A stretch of DNA of 64,000 nt from Paraspadella gotoi (GCA_051294375.1 CM119268.1:20891869-20955868); one strand, 5' to 3'; shown: positions 1 through 13,770, numbered from the stretch's first letter. Numbers and translations are program-made. The notes: generated by a model from the letters alone, not told the origin.

Positions 1-179
1 GCTTCGCGACGAAAGTAAACAACGAAACTGAAAAATTCACAACAAAGACGCGGAAAGAAAAACAGATAGAGAAAGAGAAAGAGAAAGAAAGAAATAAAAA
101 GAAAGAATAAAAAAACGAACACAAAAGAAAATATTGAATTTTTTTTTTTAATCGAAGAAAGCGGATATATCTCGTGGGG

Positions 180-182
<3 letters not shown>

Positions 183-256
<74 letters not shown>
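183..256. repeat. (GA)n microsatellite
   Basis: Perfect GA dinucleotide run. Confidence 0.98.
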
Positions 257-261
<5 letters not shown>

Positions 262-584
262 TATCGAATTAGGGAAGTGCGTTTGTACAGAACTGGGCTT
301 TTATACAGATTTACAATTCATTTGCAATTAATTTAAATAAAAAAATCTTGGTCATGAAAAAAAAATTCGACATAGAATTTTTTAGGAGAAGTCGTCACTA
401 AATTAAAAGTTAGTAAATAAAAACAATTATCGTTTTACTAGATGTAAATAATCGACGTATCTTGGCACATGAGCTTGGGCGATGCTTTGTTAAACGGAAA
501 ATTAACAGACGAGTCAAATAAATTCAATACTCAATATTTTTTTCATCCCAAGAGTATTATCCCTGTGTTTTCAAGATCATGTCC

Positions 585-852
585 ATTTGATTCAATGATT
601 TAGTGATTTTATGATTCAGTTATTCAGTGATTTAGTGATTTGATGATTTATTGATTTAGTGATTTTATGATTCAGTTATTCAGTGATTTAGTGATTTATT
701 GACTTAGTGATTTAGTGATTCAGTGATTTAATGATTTCGTGATTTAGTGATTTAGTGATTCAGTGAATTAGTGATTCAGTGATTTAGTGATTCAGTGATT
801 TATTTATTTAGTCAGTTAGTGATTCAGTCATTTAGAGATTCAATGATTCAAT
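585..852. repeat. 8-bp minisatellite (GATTTAGT/GATTCAGT) with 56-bp higher-order period
   Basis: Repeating gattYagt octamers; the block tagtgattttatgattcagttattcagtgatttagtgattt recurs at 601 and 657 (7x8 bp). Confidence 0.9.
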
Positions 853-965
853 GATATCCAGACTTTTGGAGGTAATTTTTATCATCGGTCGTTGACCCCG
901 ATTGGCCAACGTCCCCCCTTCCTTATTCCCATCTTCCCCCTCCCCCCCAAAAAAGTTTTCAATAA

Positions 966-998
<33 letters not shown>

Positions 999-1245
999 GG
1001 CCACCCTACCGACTGACCCGGAAAAATGCCGGAAAAAAATTGAACAATCGACCAGAAAAGAAAAAACGGAGGAAAGGAAAGAAAGAAAAGAAAAAAGGAG
1101 GAAAGAAAGAAAAGAAAAAAGGAGGAAAAAAGGAAAGAAAAACAGGAAAAAAATGCATTGACTGCAAAAGAGGCGAATATTGACAAGAAGGCAGAATATG
1201 AACGGGGCTTTATGGCAAGGAAGAGAAAGCAATAAAGAGCGCGGC

Positions 1246-1375
<130 letters not shown>

Positions 1376-1872
1376 GTGAATTTTGATTAGGATCCCGTTC
1401 GAGACTTGAAATGCGAACCGTAATCTGGGTAATGATTAAACTCGAGAAAGAAATGCGCTACGAAACGAGATGAGAAGAAGTGATTGGAGAGTGGAAAAGA
1501 AAGCTTGGTGATTGTTGTTTTGGCCTTGAAACTTGGTGATTGGTGATTGTGGGTTTGGGTATGAAGTTTTGAATTAGTGGGTTTAGGTTGTAAGCTTAAT
1601 GATTGGGCAAGTAAGAGATATTTCCCGCTTAGTTTAATTGACCTTTTAAAGACTCGAAAACATGTAATCCGTTATTATTAAAAATCTGGCATAGGGCGTC
1701 ATTTTATAAATATTTTTGTAGGTTGTATATTTTAGGCCGATGATATTGTGCTGTCATCACCCACTTTGGAGGCATGCAAAAAATAATAAATATTGGTGTA
1801 GAATATAAAAAAAATTGTTTTTTCTTTTAATTTAAAAAAAAAACTAAATATATGATTTTTGGAAAAAATGAC

Positions 1873-2283
1873 TATGGCATTGGGTCTGGACAACGTGGAC
1901 CGCGTAGAAATATTTGGGATTTAATTTAAAATCAGAAATCAATTTTGAATTTGATGCAACTCCAGAATTAATGTTCTTTTACAAGTCCTCAAATTGTTTT
2001 TTTTTAGCGCTTTACAAAAACCTGATTATTTTACACTAATTGTGTATCAATATTAAGATAAGGTTGCGAAGTAAAACAATTTCGGTACAAAGATATGTAT
2101 CAATTAAATGTGGCCATCAACAATGGCATTCGTGAAATATTTGGCTGGAACAGATGGGAAAGTGTCCGCCAGTTGGTTACCCTGATATTTACACGATTTT
2201 TCAAAGCAGTCATGAACGATTTAACTCTAAAGTAATAAGTAGTGTGAACGGAAAATAATGTGCTAATTTTATTTGTACAATAA
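1873..2283 (+). pseudogene. Decayed non-LTR retrotransposon (CR1 group, L2/Crack/Daphne-type) reverse transcriptase C-terminal fragment
   Basis: Manual translation: KYLGFNLKSEINFEFDATPELMFFYKSSNCF from 1908; after a frameshift, YTNCVSILR*GCEVKQFRYKDMYQLNVAINNGIREIFGWNRWESVRQL; after a second shift, GYPDIYTIFQS. KYLG, LxYGCE and RxIFGxNRWESV are characteristic post-RT motifs of CR1-group LINE ORF2. One stop and frameshifts present. Not in the ORF track. Confidence 0.8.
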
Positions 2284-2777
2284 CTTTTAAATACTCTCAT
2301 AGAGTACCATTATTGCAAACGTTTGTTTTCGTTTTACTTTTCTGTTGACTTAATTAGACTTAATTTAATTGTGTTGATGTGTGTCACTGCATAAATTTTT
2401 TGATATAAAATAAACTAGAATATTTGTAAACAAATAATTTTTTTCTCTTCAATACTAAAACGGGACGAAAAAAGAGTCTTAACACAATAAATATTTAATT
2501 TGATAAAGAAGAGATATACTAACTCATAACTCATTAACAATGTATATATTGTAATTTTTTTTCTCAATAAATGATGATTATGATTATGATGACTATATTT
2601 ATAAATTTAGCCTTTATGTAATTTTTTTTGACAATTTTCTACAAATTGACATCAACTTGGAATTGCTAAATGTTTAGATTAAGAAGCGGCCTCTCGGGGA
2701 TACCGGGGGATATCGCTTTCAACCGCCGACCGAAAAAAAGAGTTTTACTTCGACGTTTGTGCTGAAAAAATAAGAGC

Positions 2778-2800
2778 GTCGTCGTCGTCGTCGTCCGTCG

Positions 2801-2899
<99 letters not shown>

Positions 2900-2959
2900 G
2901 CGTCGTCGTCGTCGTCGTCGTCTCTCGTTGTCGTCGTCGTCGTCGTCGTCGTGTCGTCG
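2778..2959. repeat. (GTC)n microsatellite
   Basis: Long GTC run with few interruptions; explains the poly-T/D/R ORF 2666-3085. Confidence 0.97.
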
Positions 2960-3474
2960 TAAGAGATAATTGGTTATTGGCTTTTTTGAAGAATCTTTTT
3001 TACTTTGTTTTTCTTTTGGGGACAAGAAAGTCATTACTTTTTTTGAGGCCGCGAAGAACAGACTTAAATGTATAAGACATTTCACTTTAAAAACTAAATT
3101 GGAGCATCACAATTTTTTTACCAACTTTTCTCGATAAAAATTTAGGTTATTTTCAACTTTTTTATTAATTCAACGAACGAAAGTCTCAATGAATTGACAA
3201 TCGACGCTCACACTCCAACCAATGTTGTTTCGTCGCCATGTTTCTTTTCATACCGCGTTGTTTTCCTCGAAAATGGCCGCTCGGGTCATATCCTCTCTCC
3301 TTCTTCTTCCTCCTCTCCTCTCCCCCTCCTCCTCCTCCTCCTCCTCCTCTCCCGTTAACCTGTGACGGATCTCGCCATTTATTTTTATTTTTCTCTTTCC
3401 TCTCTATTTACTCTCTATTTACTCTCTTTCTTCTCCGCGTCTCCTTAGTTTCTTTAATGCCGAATAATATCATA

Positions 3475-3995
<521 letters not shown>

Positions 3996-4283
3996 ATCGA
4001 TGATAAATTTTCCAAAATTTTTTTCTTTTAAGAGTTTTTCTTTCTTTTGTGACTAAAGAGAAAAATACACATACTAAATTAAATTATTAAATAATTGTTT
4101 TTATATATTATATATTATATACTATTATCCCAGATGTATCTTTTTCACTATAGGTTTTAGTTAACAGCAGAATAAAAATTACTTGCAATATTTTGTGTTT
4201 TTTTGGTGAAAAACCGGGGTAAATATTAGTAGCAGGCGAGAGATTTGAGACTCAAATAAAGGGAAAGATAAAAAGGAGGTGAT

Positions 4284-4374
4284 AAGTGACAAGGTAAGTA
4301 TCCCTCACAGAAGTGACAGAAGGTAAGTACTCCTCCACCCCAAGTGACAGGAAGTAAGGAATTCCTCTCCCCAG
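4284..4374 (+). repeat. Three degenerate 27-31 bp tandem units (AAGTGACA(G)AAGGTAAGTA-pyrimidine run)
   Basis: Units start at 4284, 4311, 4342; related motif ccctcagagtgacagaaggtaa at 19233 (and its duplicate at 30938). Confidence 0.7.
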
Positions 4375-5239
4375 TCCCGCCCCTCAGTGCGGATGTGACA
4401 AGATTATCTCAGCGAAATTCTGTCGTCGTGAAAAAGAGAGATAAGTTCGAGCGAAGAAAAAAAAGGTTTGAACGGGAGGCGTTTTAATTCGAAATGGACG
4501 TTTGCCACTAAGTGCCAGTCATTGCTGGTAATTGCAATTGAGTGCCAGTGTTTGACTCTCCGTTCCTACGCGGTGTCATGAAATTGGTACGACCAATATA
4601 AAAATTATCCATTAATTTAATAAATAAGCTATCTTGCCCCTGAATTTGGTTAGGCTTTGGTGGTTGAAGGCTTTTATGGAGTAAGAAGGCGGAAAATATC
4701 AATTGCAATAAAATACTTTCAGACACGAAGCAATTGTATTCGAAATGATAACTTGAACTCAATGACGAATAGAAGCAATCCACAATTTTGTGGACGCGCC
4801 CAAATTGCTAAAATGTCTTTCTCTGATGCCTTTTCTTTTCAGAACAACAACAATAACAACAAGAATAACGACAAGAAAAGCAAAACATAAAAACGATTGT
4901 GACGAGGATCATTTTTGGTGCTGAGCACTCGAGTGATAATCTCACCAGTTTTCCGAAGTTTGACTGTTACGCGTTTGAGACCAGAGGATAATTTTAACTA
5001 TAATTTTAAAAAAATTATGAAAATTGCAAAATTACTTTTTTTAATATATTAATATATAATACATTTTAAAATAATTATAGTTTCAAGTTAAATATATTTT
5101 AAATAAATTTTGAATATGTTTGTGTTGTTTTCTGGAAATAGAGGGAACGTCTACAAAACACGAGATTTTCTGCCCTTTTTCTAATCAGATATTCTAAATT
5201 AGATTAGATTATATTAGATTATATAACTTTACATGACCC

Positions 5240-5243
<4 letters not shown>

Positions 5244-5286
<43 letters not shown>

Positions 5287-5351
5287 ATAATAGTAGTAAT
5301 AGTAGTAGTACTAATAGTAGTAGTAGTAGTAGTAGTAGTACTAGTAGTAGT
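5244..5351. repeat. (TAG)n microsatellite
   Basis: Direct inspection. Confidence 0.95.
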
Positions 5352-5811
5352 CTATTTTTTTAATCGGTACTACGACTACAACAACAACAACAGCAACAAT
5401 CTCTGAATGCCATCCATGACGTTTTTCTCACAACTAGGGACCGACTTATGTGTGTGACAAGACCCAGACACCATTTCTCAAATTGACGGGCCGATGATAG
5501 GCCATCAAACCGAAGGGTAAACGGAGAGGGATAGAGAGGGAGTGAGAGAGAGATTGAGAGCGAGAGGAAACTATCGTGGGCTTTACATGAAAAAAAGACA
5601 ATTCGGTTGGCAGATAGAGATAGAGTCATAAACGAAACCATGAAGCAATAAAAATTGATAAAAGTAATTAGAATAACTAATTTTCTTATTTTTTTTAAAA
5701 TAAGCCAAATAATCTAGCATATCATTCTTTTCTTTGTCGTTATTTTCATTGTCATCATTTTTCGCTCCCGCATTCAGCCTTTTAATTCACTATCATTATT
5801 TTTTTCTTGAT

Positions 5812-6370
5812 GCATGTCTGTCTTTTAATGCATTGTCATCAATGTTGCCCTAAAGCATTCTGTCTTTTAATGCTTGTATCAAATGTTGCCTAAAGCATTC
5901 TGTCTTTTAATGCATTGGTCATCTAATGTTGCCTAAAGCATTCTGTCTTTTAATGCATTGTCATCAATGTTGCCCTAAAGCATTCTGTCTTTTAATGCAT
6001 TGTCATCAATGTTGCTAAAGCATTTCTGTCTTTTTTAATGCATTGTCATCAAATGGGTTGCCTAAAGCATTCTGTCTTTTAATGCATTTGTCATCAAATG
6101 TTGCCTAAAGCATTCTGTCTTTTAAATGCATTGTCATCAATGTTTGCCTAAAGCATTCTGGTCTTTTTATGCATTGTCATCAATGTTTGCCTAAAGCATT
6201 TCTGTCTTTTTAATGCATTGTCTTAATGTTTGCCTTAAAACGCATTCTGTCTTTTAATGCATTGTCATCAATGTTGCCGAAAGCATTCTGTCTTTTAATG
6301 CATTGTCATCAATGTTGACTAAAGCATTCTGTCTTTTAATGCATTGTCATCAATGTTGCCTAAAGCATTG
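5812..6370. repeat. 41-bp tandem minisatellite, ~13 copies (GCATTCTGTCTTTTAATGCATTGTCATCAATGTTGCCTAAA)
   Basis: Head-to-tail units with no spacers; copies differ mainly by homopolymer indels. Confidence 0.95.
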
Positions 6371-9248
6371 TGGCATTTAGATTTTTATTAGAGGCGAGGG
6401 ATTTCCGAAGGACAATAAGTATCCCGCTTCTGCGATTTCTTCTTTTTTCTTGTTGTCGTTGTTGTCGTTGTTGTCGTTGTTGTCGTTGTTTTTTTTAAAG
6501 GTCGAACATTTTTAAAAAAATGTTTTCCCTGGTGGTCAGAAAAAAAATGGAGAGAAAAACCTTTCTATCTCTGCTGATGTTTGTATTTACGCCTCTATTT
6601 TTTTTCTTTTTTAATTTTTTTTCATTATAATATTTCCTTTTTTAATTTTTTTGTCTTCCTTTTTAAATCTAAATCTTTCCATTTTCCTTTTTTTTTTTTT
6701 TCAATTTCAATCTTTACCTTTTCCTTTTTTCCTATTCCTTTTTCCATCTAAATCTTTCCCTTTTTTCCTTCTTTTCTACTCCTTTTTTCCATTTAAATTT
6801 TTCCTTTTTTTAATTTTTTCCCTTCCAACGCGACATTTTTCATCGCGCTTGTTACTCGTCATTGTTGACAATAATCTTCCATGTTTTGAGTTTTGCGAGT
6901 CACGTTTACATTTCTCGTTGCTCTTTTGTTGATCCGTTGAATTCGCTCGACGATGGATCTTTTTTTTTTAGTTTTTCACAATTTTTCGTTTCCTTTGTTT
7001 GTTTATGTTTAGTCTTATGTTTGTTTACTTTTCACCAAAGCGGAATAACATTCGAGGATGTTGCTTCGACTTTTAATTTTTTTTTAAATTCATATCTGAG
7101 TTATTTCTTTTTTAATTAATGTCATGTTTCGCCTGTTCCATGTCACGCCTGCCCTCTTCTATGTCATGCTTAGCTTTTTCGTCCTTTACATTCCTTTCTC
7201 ACTCCGCGACATCATAGTTTTGCTCAGCAACTGCCTCTGTTGACTCTATTACCTGAGCTGTTAACCGTCCCCCTCTCTTTTGGCTCCCACAGGAAAAAAG
7301 AGAGAGANNNNNNNNNNNNNNNNNNNNNNNNNNNNNNNNNNNNNNNNNNNNNNNNNNNNNNNNNNNNNNNNNNNNNNNNNNNNNNNNNNNNNNNNNNNNN
7401 NNNNNNNNNNNNNNNNNNNNNNNNNNNNNNNNNNNNNNNNNNNNNNNNNNNNNNNNNNNNNNNNNNNNNNNNNNNNNNNNNNNNNNNNNNNNNNNNNNNN
7501 NNNNNNNNNNNNNNNNNNNAGAGAAAGAGAGAGACAGAGAGAGAGCGAGTGGTAAATTGCTGCTATAGAATCGGATTGACATCTTCACGTGATGGATTCT
7601 ACGCCGCTTATTAGCTGGGGAATCGCAGTGATGCCTTCACCACTCACAAAGCCTGCCTCACCTCACCAACGTTACCCTTACCAGCACCCTACCCCAGACG
7701 CAGCATGCCTCTGTGCCTCGATAGATAAGCGTCCGGGCGAAGGTGCGAGAAAGGACAGAGGAACGGAGATGAAAACATGATATAGAAATGTAGAAGAGAG
7801 AATGTTTAAGTAATACAAAGAGTAGGAATTAAAAGAAAGGAAAAGGATGGATGTAAGAGAGGTGTGAAAAGAAAGATAAGAAAAGTTTATGTCAGATCAT
7901 GAAAGTTTTAAAGGCTGAGATGAAAAGAAAGAGAGAGGGGTGAAGGAGAACAAAGAAGAGAGAGAGAGAGAGAGAGAGAGNNNNNNNNNNNNNNNNNNNN
8001 NNNNNNNNNNNNNNNNNNNNNNNNNNNNNNNNNNNNNNNNNNNNNNNNNNNNNNNNNNNNNNNNNNNNNNNNNNNNNNNNNNNNNNNNGAGAGAGAGAGA
8101 GAGAGAAGAATTGAGAAACAATCAATCTGTCAGATTGGATCCAACTCAGAAAGAGAGAGAAAGAATGAAAGATGAAAACTGGGAGAGATGAAAGAAAGAA
8201 AGAAGGAATAATAAAAAGAAAAAAAGAAAGAAAGAATAAAAGAATAAAAAAGGATGCATTAAAGAAAAGGAATTGAAGGAACAAAAAGAAAAAAAATTAA
8301 AAAAGAAAAAAAGAAATGAGCAACTAAACCATTGGAAAAAAATATATACAAATATATCCCGAGAAAAAAAATTAAAAAAGTGGAAGAACAAACGATAATT
8401 TCCAAAAAGATGAAATAATTTTAATAAAAGGAGAAAAGAAAAGAAAAAAAGAAAAGGGAGGAAAGGAGGAAAGAAAAAAGAAACAAACGAGGAGAAAAGG
8501 TGCTTCTCGAGTCTCAAGTTCGGCAATCGATTTGATGTCCGCTTCTTGAAATCACTTCTGACACGAATTCAATAAAAAATCTCTCTCTCTCTCTCTCTNN
8601 NNNNNNNNNNNNNNNNNNNNNNNNNNNNNNNNNNNNNNNNNNNNNNNNNNNNNNNNNNNNNNNNNNNNNNNNNNNNTCTCTCTCTCTCTCTGTTCGTCCG
8701 AAAAACAACATAAATCAACGTCATTCTACCTCGTGGGATTTATTTCACCTCGTCCCTTTTGAGAACTGAGCTTTTAGCCTCTCAGTTTCTTAGGACGAAT
8801 TTTCTGTTCGCTAATCAACCGGTCGACTTGAAGAACAAATCGCGGGTTAGAATTTCCAACCTTGCCCCGTTTTTCAATTGTTTATATTCTAACTGTCAAG
8901 TTAATTTGTCAAGTTTTTTACTTTTATCAACTTTTGGAAAACGAAAAATTTGTGTTTTTTTTTCGAACGAAATATATTCAAAGCATTCTAATGAAAAATA
9001 CTTATCAACAAAAACAACTATTTCATTTGTAAGAAAATAAAACATTCTAATAGTTAAAAAAAGAAATTAGAAGAAATATGGATTATGAGAAGCAATAAAT
9101 TAAAAAAACAAATAAAAGAGAAAAAAAAATAAAGTCAATTACCTGAAAAGGAAAAAAAAAATATTTAGGAGATTTGTCTTTCGGAAACATTTATTAGATT
9201 TCATCATGAAGAGACGACTGGTCCGAGTTCATGGGAAATATGACATAT

Positions 9249-9317
9249 GGACCGCCGCACGGACCGGCAGACAGACTGCCGCACGGACCGGTGGACAGAC
9301 TGCCGTATAGACCGTCG
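9249..9317. repeat. ~24-bp GC-rich tandem repeat (GACTGCCGCACGGACCGGYRGACA), ~3 copies
   Basis: Direct inspection. Confidence 0.75.
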
Positions 9318-9442
9318 TTCTGGATGCAGACACAAAATCTAATAAATTAGCGGCTTGCTTAAAAATGAATAAAAATAAAAGGTTTTCTTTATTTTTAAAT
9401 TAAAAATCAATATATAGGGAAAAAATAACGCTATAAAAAGAA

Positions 9443-9660
9443 ATTCTGAATGAAAGCCACGCTTAATAAAATAAAAGCCATCTTGAATTCAAGGGAAGAT
9501 GAATGAAAGCCATTCTATATAAAACGGATGATGAATCGGAATAATATATAAGAGTTAAACTAAAAAAAAGTCATAATGAATAAAATCGCTGACGAATTAA
9601 AGTCATGCTGAATTAAAGCGAAGATGAATAAAAGCCAGACTGAATAAAAGCAATTCTGAA
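9443..9660. repeat. Degenerate TGAATAAAAGCC-type short tandem repeat
   Basis: Recurring tgaat(a/g)aaag(c/t)c motif at short, irregular spacing. Confidence 0.55.
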
Positions 9661-11959
9661 CCAGTTTCGATCCTCAGTGGACCGGAAAGGATATCCCCGC
9701 AAATTCAATCTCCATAACAACAAGTCGCTTGATCTTTATTCAACTCTCGAGCACCGTCCCACCTCGTCGCTCTCTCTTTCTCTTTCNNNNNNNNNNNNNN
9801 NNNNNNNNNNNGTCCGAATAATCTTTTGTTGTAGGTTTTTATTTTTTGCTGTTTTTATAATCCTTTGAGGCGAGTATTTGATTTATTTTTTCTTTATCAG
9901 TTGAGGTAATTTTTTGGTTGGGACGACGTTCTTTCATCTTGGTGTCCGAAATATCAGAATGAGATTAGAAGCCATGGCGCGGACGAGAATGTCGCATGCC
10001 CTCATCAGAAACTTTGCACGGTCGCGCGTTGCTCTCTCTCTCTGCTGTGTGTGTTGTGTATGTATCTGTCTCCATCTCTCTCTCTCTCTCTCTGCGTGTG
10101 GAACCTCGCAAGGCGTAGGGTGATATGATAGATAAATACATGAACAGATAATATAAATACATGATACATTTGTTGATTACATACTTCTTGTTGATAATCC
10201 GGGTCCTATGGCGAGATCAAAGCACCTTTACCCCGGCTTTTGATATTTTCTCGTTTCTCTCTCTCTCTCTCTCTTATACTCTTATAGGTTTTTTCCTATC
10301 ACTTATGCTAAACAAAGCTCCACTGATCCTATACAATATCGAATAACATTAAATACATTATTATGCCGATTCATTTCAGAGGTTACCTTTAATTTTAAAA
10401 AAATTAATTTAAAATATAGTATCAACAATGAGAATATAATATCTTTGACATAAGATAATCCTTCAGAAATAAAGAATTTTACTATGAAACAAATCCGTCA
10501 ACCCTTTCTCTCTCTACTCTCTCTCTTTCTCTCCTCTCTCCTCTCTCCTGGGTGTGTGTTCGTGCCATCTCCTCGTCCTCTCCAAGTCTGTATTTTGGTT
10601 CATATAAAATATTTCCTCTTCTTCGTATTTAACAATAATTATTTTAATAGTTCATAATTAAAAATAAATTTAGTACAAAATTTCGCTCTCGAAATCCTAT
10701 AAAATGAAGCTTGATAAATGTTAAATACAACCTTAAACCCATCAATGTCAATTCTCCAAAGAGTCAGATTTTAATGCTGAGTTGCATCTTGCATAATCAC
10801 TACTAGGACTGTACCACTACAGGGAGAAAGAGCGAGAATGCAGCGCAAAAAACAAATATTATCTGTGCCTTGCCGTGGCGCGTTCGAATTGTCCGCTTCA
10901 AGTCTCGTAACCGTTTGAGCCATTAAATTTTCACAGTTAGACTAACACGCTCGAGAGAGTGATTAGTTTCGCCACTCCGTCTTTTAGATACTGATCGCTT
11001 ACGTCTCTCTTCAGTTTAGTACCCTACATTCTTTCTGCTTCGCTTATGTCAAAAACGGAATGTCACGTTATACTATTGTATAAATAACATAGCTCGACGT
11101 ATGTGTAGAGTTATCCGCGATACATACATCTCCGTCCCGGGGGATTTTGAGACGTTCAGAGTAAACTAGACGCTTCACACAATACGATCGGACAGGGTCA
11201 ATTGTCCACCTATTTATACTAAAGGATTCGAGGACAACCGATGGAGAGGAGATTGGTTGTCGTCTTCTTTGTAGTCTTCAGAGAACGAAACGTAGTATTC
11301 CTTCGAGACAGCAAGCACGTTACTGAAAAGTAACGCTAGTGAGAATGTCACCACGACATGAACTAGTTCGTGTGAGCCACGTACGCTGAGAAACAAGCAG
11401 GAGAGACGCGACAAACGAAACGAGCGCCGTAGATCCGAGACGGGGTACATAGCGTCCTCGAGTCTCTCACGTAAGCGAAACGATGGACCGCGACCAAAAC
11501 GACGAGCGCCTGGCGGGATGACTGGGGAGGTCAATGCGAAGATTCTGACACATATCGAGACATAAAGGATAAGGGGCTAGCGAAAACAGAAGAACACGCA
11601 ACGAAGTGCACAAACGGACCAGTGAGTATATGGGACCGAGAGCAATGACAACACCATGAGAGCACATAAACATAGTACGTACAGAATGAAGACGGGAAAG
11701 TTCATTATCAAACATATGCTTAGGTGAGAGTTCATCATGGGACATTAGGGCGACATTGCTTGTCTATTACATTTAGAGATGGATCTACAGACGAATAGGT
11801 GGACGCGAGGATGATGGAGGAGCATGCGCGGAACGACAGCAGGGGATACTAAATCTAGTCGCATAGCTACTCTCAGGATGCCATCACCCACATCATTAAG
11901 TACATATATAAGGTTCAGAGGCCGGCACTCTGGAGCAGATCTTGAACTCTGATTACAAC

Positions 11960-13770
11960 TTCTCTCTCTCTATCTATAGTTATCAATGAAAAACATTATT
12001 TAACTGAAGGTTTTTTTTGGAACGAGAAATTATCAAAAAACTTTCCCACCATCGAATCGACGAAGACCTTGTAAAAGAAATAAAATTAAATTTGAAATTA
12101 AGTGATAAAACTATTATCTGTTTTATTATCGTTAGTAAAAAATGAATCTAGAGAGAAAAGATATCTTATCTCTATTGAGTATTTATCACCACAACTGATC
12201 TATTTGATAGGAGGTGATGAACAGAGACTACTGTATCCGAGGTATATAAGCACAACACTACAATCTCAAAGCTAGATTATTTAGTATTGAGATAAATTAT
12301 TGTGAAAAGAAGAGGTGAAGAGAGAGAGAGAGAGGTAGAGCAGAAGAGAAGAAAGAGACGAGTTAAAGTCTTACTAACAAAAATGGTGAGACTACGATTA
12401 AGTAGGTCAGACGATGATGATGAGAAGACCCGGGCAACTATAAGAGAGCGGACAGGGTAAGATTGCACACACAGATTGTAGCAGTTAATCTTATTTTAGA
12501 AATGCAAATGAACCACTTATAGTTATCGAGATGAGCACGAGAGAACAGAGAGAGATAGACTTTACAGCAGCTGATATCAATTAAATATTATATAACAGAT
12601 TATTCAGATCGCACCATTCCTAACCGGCCGGAACATGCGGGTAACCAAATTCTAAGAGTCTGTAATTCTCATATTAACTACACGTTTATGATGCATCCTG
12701 GTGCGATAACTAATCTTTCAAAAAATAAATTTCCGACTCTTTTTTCACTCATCATCTATCATGTCTCTCTCATTATCCATTCATCAGTTACAGTCCATTT
12801 CAAGTCTTTTTATCTGTATTTTACTCATATTAACATCATTCTTCGAAAATATTTTTTTCTAAAAAATCAGCAATTTTCTTAATATTCACCGTTACACTTT
12901 CCGGGTCTATAGAGATTAAATGACAATACAGTATATTAAAATTAATACTCTATCCACATCTAGCTTTTCCAAATTTTTTTGTTTTTATTTGCTTTTACTA
13001 CTAAACATTAGCTCAAATTACTATATTAAACATTCTCATACTGGTACATCTGCGTAGATCTGAATCGATTATGATTTTTAAATTCTTCGAGTTTTCCCGC
13101 TTTATTTCTGGTCCCCACTTTATATTCATTGAACACTCTTGAAAACGCGGTATACTTTGTGAATAAGCAATTTCTTAATCTGGCTCACTCTCGAACTCTG
13201 TTCTCTTTCAAATCACAAATACACTTTATCTATAAAAGTTTTTCAATTGTCCTTCATGTCATCCTCTCGCATCTCACCTTATTCTATGCCTCTCAATTAT
13301 CCCGTTTCAGAACAAGTAAAAACTAAGAGTTCTGTAATATAAATAACGTTAGAAGCATGCCTGTGGGATAACGAAATTTAAAAAAAAATTTAAGATTTTT
13401 AATATACAGTTACATATTTACATAGAAGTACATTTAAAGTTTATCGTATTACTATAAATCAATGAAAATTATTTTTTTTCAAAATCAGGAATTTTTGAAA
13501 ACGGATTCGGGTAGAGATTAAAAGAAAATAAATAAAAAATATTACTACAAAGATTTCCATTGTTTTGTTTTATTGCTTTAAAATTAGCAAAAAAACTATA
13601 AATTATGGTACGACGATGATGAGAATGATTTTTAAAGAGTTTTTTCCTTTGTTTGGCGCCACTTATCATTGAAATATTGAAAAACGCGTTTATACTTTGT
13701 GTAGAAAACTTTTTATGGGCTATCTGAATCTGTTCTTAAAAAAAATAGATTTTTTTATAAAAAGTTTTTT
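11960..13770 (+). repeat. Error-laden copy of the 17330-18770 repeat block
   Basis: 12390-13300 aligns loosely to 17330-18010 (ggacagggtaag, gagagatagacttt, taagagtctgtaat), 13308-13770 aligns better to 18012-18445, and 11960-12100 resembles 18655-18770. Confidence 0.7.

Noticed and set aside
5812-6370. 41-bp array as a CRISPR array
   Set aside because: Units are head-to-tail without unique spacers, there are no cas genes, and the context is eukaryotic.
8751-8797. Hairpin gagaactgag/ctcagtttct with a miR-146-like word (TGAGAACTGA)
   Set aside because: Stem too short for a pre-miRNA and the match is limited to 10 nt.
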